From: Lama glama
Lineage: Eukaryota
Assembly (NCBI GenBank): GCA_028534125.1
Contig: CM052817.1
Location: 28,770,001 to 28,834,000, forward strand
Direction of reading: 5' to 3'
Length of the DNA: 64,000 bases
Below are positions 53,473-64,000 of this stretch, piece after piece (the stretch's first letter is position 1; each line of letters begins with the position of its first letter). The notes below the pieces were generated by a model that searched no databases, was not told where the DNA came from, and worked only from the letters and a program-made list of their open reading frames with translations. The position numbers and the translations under genes are program-made.

Positions 53473-54353
53473 CTGTAAGAATGGTCAAAATCTTAACACT
53501 GACAACACCAAGTGTTGGTGAGAATGAGTGGCAACCGGAACTCTCATTCATTGTTGGTGGGAATATAAAATGAATCAACCACTTTGGGAAACAGTCTGGC
53601 GATTCCTTACAAGATTAAACATACTCTTACTACATAATCCAGCAATCACATTCCTTGGTATTTACCCAAAGAAACTGAAAAAGGTGTATCTACACAAAAC
53701 TTGCACGCAGATGTTTATAGCAGCTTTATTCTAACTGCCCAAACCTGGAAGCAACCAAGATAAGCCTTGCAAGGTGAAAGTGCCAATAAGCTGTGGTACA
53801 TCCAGACAATGAAATACATTATTCAGCACTAAAACTAAGTGATCAAGCTGTGAAAAGACATGGAGGAAACTTAAATGCATACTACTAAATGAAAGAAGCC
53901 AATCTGAAAAGGCTACATACTGCATGATCCCAACTATATGGCATTCTAGAATAGGTGACACTCTGGAGACAGCAGAAAGATAAGTGGTTGTCAGGGGTTT
54001 GGGAGCGGGAAGAAATGAAAAGACAGCACAGAGGATTTTCAGTGCAGTGAAAATATTCTGTACAATACTGTAGTGTTGGATACATGTCATTATACCTTTT
54101 TCCAAAACCCCCAAATGAGTATACACTACCAAGAGTGAACCATAATGTAAACTATGGATTATGCGTGATTGTTATGTGTCAGTGTAGGTTCAAGTGCAAC
54201 AAACATACTACTATGGTGAAAGATGTTGATAATGGGGGAGGCCATGCACATGTAGGGATAAGGGTTATATGGGAAATCTCTGTATCCTTCCCTTAAATTT
54301 TGCTGTGAATCTAAAGCTGCTCTAAAAATATAAAGTTTAAATGAATAAAAACT
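53473..54353 (+). mobile_element. L1MC1-like 3' portion with TSD
   Basis: Contains the L1-derived ORF 53528-53734 (QPLWETVWRFL...PAITFLGIYPK) and 3'UTR ccaagagtgaaccataatgtaaactatgga...gggaaatctctgtatcc...gctctaaaaat. TSD-like aataatgtccc / aacaatgtccc. Confidence 0.92.
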
Positions 54354-57300
54354 AACAATGTCCCTCTTATATGGCTACCATAAAAGCATCTTGAATAAAT
54401 ATTGTATTTATTAATAACTTATAAATAGAACACTATACCTACTTCTTCCTAGACAAAGCTTTCCAGATGCTAATAGGAACATATGTCTTAGACTCGTTAT
54501 AGTCCAAGAGAATATATTTATCTTATATATTTAAGCATGAGAAAAGCCCAATTTTTCATGATGCATTTGAGACTTGCATTTGTGCAATGTCTTTAGAACA
54601 CATCTGAGTAATTCCATAGAAAAACCTATGACTCTTCAAGGAATTTTTTACCTGTGGCAATTAGAGATGGTCCTAATTTTTAAAGGACACAGTAGATTCA
54701 GTATCCCTTTATAATGTAACTGGTGTTCCCATGTGTGAGCCTGCCATTAGACTGAACTAGTTGCAGTCAAGAACCATCTTAGTTATCTCTTTCCCTTCAC
54801 AAAGAGCACAGTGTCCAGTACAGAGTATGTCAATGTCAAGAAGACATGTCTGGAATGAGCTACAATGGGAAATACACACATGAAAATGTGTATACTAGAA
54901 ATATACATGAAGATGCTGCAGGAATAATAAAAGGATGCTGGGTCCAAAGTGTCTCTTTGTCTGTGATCAGAAGGGGATCTGACCTCTTTGTTTCTCACAA
55001 ATAGTCTTTCAGGGCTCCTTCTGTTTCAGAATTAGAAGATGGTACTTTTCAGTTATATGTATCACCCAGAATGGATCTGGATTCCTGCAGGAACACAGTG
55101 AAGTCTCTACCTTTTTGAATTTCTTCACTCTGATGACCTGCCCGATTTTTTAAATAAAATTAACCATAATAAATTAGGAAGAAAAGCATCATCACTACCA
55201 ATGACTTTGCTACATTTTTGTTTTGTTTTAGCAGAAATAAGGTATGAATACATATTAAAAATCACCTCAGGGGAAGAGCTGGCAGCTATAGGAAACAGCT
55301 CCCTGGAGAACTTCCCTAGAATTTGCTTCCTGATAGTCGTCCTGACAGCTCCAGTGTGAAACAAACTCCCTCAACTGACCGAACTCTACAAGTGTGGAGA
55401 AGGGCTATCAGTCTGGAGTTCACGCCCCCTGGGTCTGTATCCAGGTGACAAAATGCTACCTTCTTTAAGACAGGTGACAACATTTCTGGTCTGAATAACC
55501 CTCACTGGATCTGGAAGAATAAACTACAACACAGAAGTCAGACCTGAAATGAAATATATATTAAATGACAGCAAATAAAGTAACAAGTGAATGGACCTTT
55601 TGAAAAAGCCATTTATCTCATGTAATAGACAGCCTGTAAAGGTGAAAACATGGTGAAACAGATAGAGTTTAAAAACTTAATCCAAGTTTTGAATGGCAAT
55701 AAAATCTAATTTTAACTTCATTATTCTAAGCATCTTTGAAAACTGCCATGAAGCTAGGTAAGAAATATAAACATCACTAAACTTTCTTGCGACATACATT
55801 AATTAGGTGTCATTTTTCCCCATTACAGATGTGAATGGACACATGCTTGTGGAAATTTATAAAAACCAGCAAAGTGTGGCTAATAACTGCTGGTAATGCA
55901 TAATGCATATGATAACTGCATACATACGAATATAATAGCTGTAGCCATATAAAGGATGCTAATAACTGCATCACCTAAAGATAAGCATTGCTAAAATTCT
56001 TACCTAACACTGGAACAGATGTTTGCAAGAGTCATCTCAGTCTCATTTTCTAAAAGAAACTCTTCCTCATTTCTCTTCAAAAAGTAGGCATGTCATCATG
56101 ATTTGCTGCCCACCAAGTCTTCTTCCATGTAGCAACATTCTCACATAATGAATGTGCTATTTCCTCTGAAAGTTTAAAGTGAAACAGCAAACTATAGTGT
56201 GCTCCTTTCTTCTTGCATAAAAATGTGTTGGGTATTTTAAAAAATAACTGACTCATCTGTTTTTAATATGCAACAGAAATTCAGAATTGTCTAAAATGAC
56301 CTATAGAGGTGTAGAGTAGCATACTGTTTTGCATTATAATTAGATTTTCCCACTTATGCATAAATTAGAAGAGATTATAGTACTCGAAAGGTCTGGTATT
56401 TATTAGAGACATAGTTTCTGCTTCAGTTTCCTAATCATGACTTTTATGGCTAGTAATATAAGATAATAATAAATGTAAAGCACCTTCCAAAATGGATCTA
56501 ATTCCAATCGTGCTATCAGAAAAAAGATTATATTCACATATTTTATGAGAAAATTCTTCTCTGTGTTGCCATTTCTTTTTAAATGAAAACTTATCCGAAA
56601 GAGTCTACTAAAAGATTACAGAAAAAAGTAATTGGCTTTGCAATCTGATTGCAACATGGGAAAATACTATCCTATGTGATAGCTAGCAGAAAAAAATTAA
56701 ACATTGTTATGGTATGTTTTATAAATGCTCAGTTCAAATCAGTTCTACACTAGTAAAGATTATCAACAAGGATTTCTAAATGTTTTTCAAGTTTTTTTAA
56801 ATAGGCTGAAAGAAAGCAAACGTTCTTTAAATCAGCAGGTTGTTAGCAGAAAGAGAACAGTGCTCCAAAATCTTGGCTGCAAGACAAATACAAATTCAGG
56901 TTACAAATCAATAATGCAACATGTATGAAGTCACACTGCTGATACTTCATGAACACTAAGTTGTCGCAGGGCACAGGCAATCAGCCCAGCCTCCAGCACT
57001 GCCCTGTGCACTGAGAAGACGTCATTAACGAACCTGAGGTACCTGAATTTTGAATCTGTCTATAAATATTCCAAGGGACCATCTACACTCCTAGTTCTAT
57101 GAGAATCCATTTTTCCCTCTCACAGCCTTTTTGTTTTCTCTAAGCCCAAGAAGTATAAAACAAAAATAAGGAAAGGTGAGTGAGTGGTAAACAGATCATT
57201 CTAGGTGTGGTAAAGATTGAAATTCTGACACAGAGAACATGTTTGATAAGTATCTGTTGATGAAGTAAAAAACATGGAATCAAGATAATATGAGGAGGAG

Positions 57301-57664
57301 TAGAAGGCCTGCATTTTAACAATATTTTCCCTAACCCTAATTTTGCTTCTTAGTATGGAATTATTATTTAACGTTTAGATCAAATATTGTATCCTCACTT
57401 TCCTCTTAAGTAACTTGCCAAAGATTACATGGTTAGTAAGTTGGATATTAAAACACATGTCTCCCTAGATCCAAAACCTGTGGCTTTTTCTAACATACTT
57501 TAAACACCTTCACATTACATTATCAAAAATAGTATAACTTGAATTCCAGTCTCCTTAGTTTATGCTTTGCCAGCTGCATAGACCATATGCCAAAATAAAT
57601 AATTTTAAAAAATCAGTTTTCACGAATTGGAATATGGAAGCCCAAATCACAAAGGTATTTATAT

Positions 57665-57820
57665 CCGTATTATTCAAAGTGTAAAACATGGACTGCTATT
57701 ACCTGGAAGCCTTTTAAAAATGTAGAGTTTCAGGCCCACCCTAAACTTACGCATCAGAAACGACATTTTCACAAGATGACCAGGTAATTCATAGGCACAT
57801 TCAATTTCAAGAACATTGCT
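57665..57820. mobile_element. MER5A-like hAT MITE
   Basis: ttcaaagtgt...acctggaagc..ttaaaaatgtagagtttcaggcccaccc...catcagaaac..cattttcacaagat..ccaggtaattcat..gcacatt...agaacattgct. Confidence 0.8.
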
Positions 57821-58429
57821 ATATATAATTAATTATTCATCTATTAACATATCTAAATGAAGGATCATGTGGAATATTCATATCAAATCTCCAGAGCATA
57901 GTGTTGGGAAAAATTAACATTCTAGAAAATGGAATTAAGATTCCCAAAGATCTGGGTAGGCGTGAACCTGACTGACGCAAGACCAATAAATGCCTACATT
58001 TTGTTAAATGGCCTGCTACGTGCTGTTCACAGTGCTAACTTTTTTTTTTAATCTTATTAAAAAAAATGAAGCAATGGTTACAACCCTATTCTATAGATGA
58101 CAAAAAATGAAGGGTAAAGAATTTTTTAAAAATAGGCCTGAACTTTAGGCCCGTTTGACCCCTAAAGCCCTGTGTTTTCCCTCTGTGACACATCTTGTAT
58201 TTTAGATTTTAAAAATCCTATCTGTATATGAGAAGATAAAGATAAATAGTAGCTTATGTTTTTTAAAAAAAAGACCTGAGAATTGTAATGGACAATAAAT
58301 TTAAGCAAAGTACACAGTGTAACATATCACTTAAAATAATATATGCACCCCTAGAAGTATCACGCCCCTATTTTGGTATGATCATCAAATTAGCCTGTAT
58401 CATCAACACTACCTTAGTTATATTTTAAA

Positions 58430-58907
58430 AAGTGGATCAGAGGCTGAGTTTGGCTACATATAACAAAACCCCTAATAGTAGCTGCAACAAGTTAGTGAAT
58501 TCTTTTTCTCTCACATCAAGCACAATTCAAAGAAGGTATGCCAGTTCCACAACGTCATCTGAGATCCGCTGTCCTTCAATATTCCTGTTCGGCCACTCTT
58601 AAGCAAGGGCTTGTTGCCTCATTAAGACAAGATGATGGACCCATCTCTTTTTTCTGAATTACAGTCAGAAAAAAAAGGGTAAAAAGAAAAGGTCCATCAA
58701 TGTGAGTCAATTCCCCTGCAAAGGTATTTTCAGGGAGAATATATCCAACATTTTCTACTTATATGTGATTGGCCAGAAGATACGTGAATGGCATCTCATA
58801 GAGCTAAGGAGTGTGAATTTTTATTGGATTTGTCTTCAATAAAACTAGTCTTCTGTTAGTAAAGAAAAAAAATGAATTTTAATAGGCAACAAGTACTCTC
58901 TGCCACA
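58430..58907. mobile_element. old MaLR/ERVL LTR fragment (MLT1J/K-class)
   Basis: gagtttggctacatataacaaaaccc...ttctacttatatgtgattggccagaa...taggcaac..gtactctctgccaca. Confidence 0.6.
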
Positions 58908-59039
58908 GATCATTGAAACAAGGAGGGCGAGAAAGAAAAGAAAAAGACAAGCCTCTAATTAACAAATTAGATTATCTTCAATAGAAGGCAAGAACCAGAA
59001 AAGCTAGGATATCTGAAAACCCAAAAGATATAAAGAATG

Positions 59040-59355
59040 CTTAAAAATACCACGGGCACTTCAACATGAGAGAGTGACTTGACAGCTGTCTTCAAATATA
59101 TGATGAATTATTTAACCATAGCAGCCGAAAACAAGAATGATTAAGAGCTATTAAGGGACAGCACTGGACCCACCGTAAGAAAGGATATTTTTTATTAAGC
59201 ATTAACTAATCAAATCCAGTGGAGAAGTTCTTCATGCCTAAAGAACTTCACCACGATCTGGATGAATGTTCGTTAGGGATACTGTAGAAGGGCTATTTGT
59301 CTAAGTGGAAGATCAGATTAGGAGAAGATGAAGATGCCTTCCAAGCCTGTGTTCA
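59040..59355 (+). mobile_element. CR1/L3 LINE 3' fragment
   Basis: gacttgacagctgtcttcaaatat...gttagggatactgtagaaggg...ccttccaagcctg resembles the L3/CR1 3' end. Confidence 0.6.
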
Positions 59356-60341
59356 GGTTCCAGTCATGATGATCACATGCTTTCTTTGCATATTATGCCC
59401 AGAATTAATCAAAGTTATGAATTTAGACTTTAGCTCGCTCATCTATATCTGTTGTCTAAAGCTTACCTGCTATTCTATGGGAAATCCCCAAACACTCTCA
59501 CATTGTGAATTCATCCTGTACTTGTTAGTGCAACATCATTTTCAAGATGAATATCACTTATAGAAAATAATTTAGTACTAGTTGTATATCTTTTCAATGT
59601 TTTGTCAAATGCAACATATATTTATTGGAGTTCAATACACCATCATTGTGATGTCAGATTACAAACACAATGTGAATCTTTATTTAAAAAAAATAGACCA
59701 CTGGGAATAACACAAGATTACCTCCATTGTAATACATTTTCCAATTAACTGCATAATTAACTTTCTAACCCCAAGAGAAGACACTCTAATTTAAGCTGCA
59801 TATCAGCCTATGCTTTTTATTATATCAACTGACATGATGAGCAAAGTAGAAATTATTATGAAATAGGCCACAATGTTTACATAATTTTTTCACACATAAA
59901 TGTATCACTCATAAATCTATGTACCTAAATAAACATCTCTGGTCAAAATCATTAAAATTAAAATAGTATAGAAGTTCAGTGCGTAACAGTTTAAAGAGAC
60001 CCAGAGGACAGATTTATTAAATACAAAAAGGTTCATGTCACTTCCTTAAGCAATTTACAAACTTGGGAATACAGAAAACTTTTAGTCATCTATTGCTTAT
60101 TTCCATATACTGAAATACGTTTCTTATCTATTTTTCATATTATTAAATTGCTATTATGTGCGGATATAAACTTTGCCTATTATATGCAGGTGCTCTTTTA
60201 TATATAATTCAGGGATCCACATTTATAAGTTAAATAAAATTTTCCATGGGTCAAGGTGAGAAAAGAACATTTAAGTATCTGTAATGTCTCATGGCTAGAT
60301 ATGACAACAAAGCTTTCAAACTGATGTTACTGTAGTACAAC

Positions 60342-60378
60342 CAATCATTTATCAGTCAATCAATCAATCAATCAATCA
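60342..60378. repeat. (TCAA)n simple repeat, probably an L2 tail remnant
   Basis: cagtcaatcaatcaatcaatcaatcaag followed by tgctggttaagcac. Confidence 0.75.
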
Positions 60379-62786
60379 AGTGCTGGTTAAGCACAAAACC
60401 TATGCCCACAAAAGAGATTCTATTACAATAAACCCTCTTCTTTTCCTCTAAAAAAGTAGTGTGTCCCATATTCAGACAGTTCATTAAGAAAATTATCTAA
60501 ACCTCATTTCTGGCTTAATAGATTGTATGCTAATCAGAACCTATCAGAAAGAGTAATATGTAAATAGGAAAGGAGTAAATAGGAAAAAACAATGTGGAAT
60601 TTGATCCATTCTTCATTCAACATCTGTATGATTTGGTATTGAGATATTTTATTCTGTATATATTTTAGTTTAAAATTATGGATGCATATTTTGAAAAGGT
60701 TGTAATGTTTACATGGATAAATATACTATTAAATGAGAGTAAAAAGGCTTATATTTATGCACACATCTTATATAGTGTTTATGGCCTCTTCCTTACAAAG
60801 TTAAAGATAAAAATAAACACAGATTGCAATTTTAAAATAAAGTAACATACTAATCGATAACAAAAATGCAGACTATTCAGTAACATTCTCTAAGACACTA
60901 GAAGTTTTTTTAAAAATAAAATATGAAGAAATAAATGTTGAATCACTGACCCAAAATAGCACATTAATCCTATTCTGTGCAGGAGTGGCGACTGTTGATA
61001 TAGAGCATCGAAAGAACATAACTGTATTGAATAATGACTTTAATCAAATACCAGACAAATAATGTTAACATTACTCTGACTCATTTTTGACAAACAAAAT
61101 GGAAGAATTTTACATCTTACATTTACAAGCAGGTGTTTGAACTCTTAAATTAATTTCAATTTCAACACTATCTTAGTCACAATAATTTAAAAGAAATTTT
61201 TCACAGAATTTAAAGCCTCTTAAAGGAAAGATATATACCTTACAAATTGTATTCTTCTGAGCATCGACAATATTCTGGAAATCCAGTAAAATCTTTCAGC
61301 TATATTTAATTATCTTACTCATAAAATATTCAGCAATTCATACTATTAGAATTATATAGCTGAGATAAAATGAAGCTAACTACGACTTTTCGCAAGTTAG
61401 ATAATAAGTTTCACAAAGCTATTCCCATCTCTTTTTCCCAATTCTCAACATTTCATTCTTAAAATATGTTTATATTAATTGCATCTATTAAAATAATAAT
61501 AATATGAACTACAGTTACTTAACAGAGTATTGAATCTTTGAAGGCAGTGCAATCATAGGATTTGAGACTTCTAAGTCCTTGAGAAGATCCTTCAAAAAGA
61601 AAAGTAGAAAAAAAAGAACTGCATATTCTTTAGAAGCACAGGTCCTGGTATCACTAAACTAGATCCAATCAAGAAGAAACACAATCTTTATTTGCAGGTA
61701 CTACTATACCTGACATTTTAGAGATCAATTTGAAACTTAATTATATGTAGCCCAGTGAAATAAATAGATTGATCGTATAGTTGCTGCCTTTATAATAGAA
61801 ACTTCGTGAATAACCTAACTTTGGATATAGAAACAGCCTTAGTACATAATTTCCAGACCAAGAAACACTAAGTGTAATGAAGTGTTGCTGAACTGAGTGA
61901 TTTTTAGTGCTATAATAAAAAAAGGCATCAGGATGTTTTATGAATAATCAAAATATTAAAATGAGAATAAAAGTACAAAATTTTAATACATAATTCAGCA
62001 AGGTAAGGTCTAACATCCCCTGATATGGTTGAAACCATGGCTATTGCTGGTTAATCACTTTCAGGGAAAAAAACAAAAAAACTACTTCACCATTATAGGC
62101 TTTCTATCTTATCATTAAAAATATAAACTCTGAAATGTTACAGTTACTAGTCTTACACTGACTGTACTATAAAGCGAGTGATCAGATTCACAAAGAATTC
62201 AACATAATTAATTACCATCGATGTGCAAAGACACTGCAAATATGATTAATGACATGTTTCAATTAGTAATCCTATTTTAATTTCAGAAAATCTTTTGATC
62301 TCATCAGTCCAGTGTTGTCAGGAATTTGTTTTTCTTTTTTCTGGTGTATTCTTGTGTATGTAATTATATATGAGTCAATTATTTTCTGGATTTGGCAGAA
62401 AAGATTAGCTCTGAGAAACCTTCCCTACTGAATTGAATGTAAAGAATAGATCACATCATTGGTTTTCTAAAACAGAGCTATTCTATACTCATCATTCGCG
62501 CACTTTTACACCCCTGATTCCTCATTCCTTTGTATTATTTTCATACAGGTCTGAGTTTCAGGTTTGGTGATTTGTCTTAAGATAAATAATTTTCTAAGAT
62601 CTCTTCTTTACAAACCCAGTTACACCCTCACATTCTTCCATAAATAAGGTTCCAATCAATCTCTTAAATCACAGACATAAAAAGCCTTTTGTTCCAATAT
62701 CCTGTCTCCATCATTTTCCTCCTCCAAAATTTTAAAAATTATTTTACATCCAGCTTAAATGATAATAAGGCCAGTATCTACTATAA

Positions 62787-63217
<431 letters not shown>

Positions 63218-64000
63218 GCCCACCTCCAAATTACTTTCCATAATAGGAGGAGCTCCTTTCACCACAAAGGTAGATAATCTTCCCGTCTACACATTACATC
63301 CATACCAGTCAGATGGAAATGAAAACTGCTAATTCCACCTCAAATTATATTTACATATAGCAAATATAAAACTATTCACATTAACTTTAAAGAAGTTAGA
63401 TTTTGAAATCCATGGGTCACCAACATATACCACAGTGTGTCCATCACCCATCCCCTTCGCCAATCAGATGAAAACCTGTCATTACAATGTTGCAGCCCAA
63501 GTGAGACATACGGTATTTAACATCCAACAAAATGTGGCATTACCAAACAAATCCAAAGGGAGGGGATTAAAATAAATGTGCTCTAAAGTATGAACCTGAG
63601 ATGCAAGTAATTCAGGGTCTGCAAAACAAAAGGCCAAGATAATTTATTTACATCTCTAAACCCCTAACTTGAATTTTAAAAGCTGAACGCTTTATTTTTA
63701 TTCTTCCTGGTTTCCTCATTGGCGTTCTGTAATCTCATGTCTCCTCACAGAGGATAGTTAACTGGGCGGATCTAAGTGCCCTGATTTAAGGACACCTGTG
63801 GTCAAAGAGCTCACTAAATTTTTTTTTTTTTGAGATACCTATCAGAAATAAAGGATCACAAGTATTCTGTCTATTATTTTCCCCTCTCAGCTCCAAAACC
63901 CACTTCTCTTTTGAGTTTTAGGCGTTTTGATTTATGGCTTTTTAAAAGTTAGATAAAATGTACCTGTGGGGATAGATGTATTTTCAGATTTTGAAGTAGT

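Noticed and set aside
57329..57340. CCCTAACCCTAA telomere-like motif
   Set aside because: Only two units, which is too short to call an interstitial telomeric sequence.

Overview
This is AT-rich, CpG-depleted mammalian genomic DNA, probably camelid, judging from two tRNA-Ala-derived SINEs of the Vic-1 type. It has a 500-N assembly gap at 5458-5957. Most of the window is intergenic or intronic sequence filled with interspersed repeats: L1, L2, CR1/L3, MIR, MaLR/ERVL LTRs and hAT DNA-transposon fossils. None of the ORFs in the supplied track looks like a real host gene; the few recognisable ones are L1 ORF2 remnants. The one convincing protein-like stretch is missed by the ORF track: a 54-codon C-terminal fragment at 62847-63011, followed by a 3'UTR, AATAAA and an A13 tail, all between 17/19-identical direct repeats. 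This fits a 5'-truncated processed retrocopy of a gene I cannot name with confidence. It also lies in frame behind a splice-acceptor-like sequence. Other notable structures are a twin-primed (5'-inverted) L1 lacking target-site duplications (TSDs), several nested insertions with readable TSDs, a MaLR LTR that retains internal sequence, and a few candidate regulatory or exon motifs. I found no novel multi-gene system, CRISPR array or prokaryotic feature. All repeat family names come from recalled consensus similarity, not from a database search.
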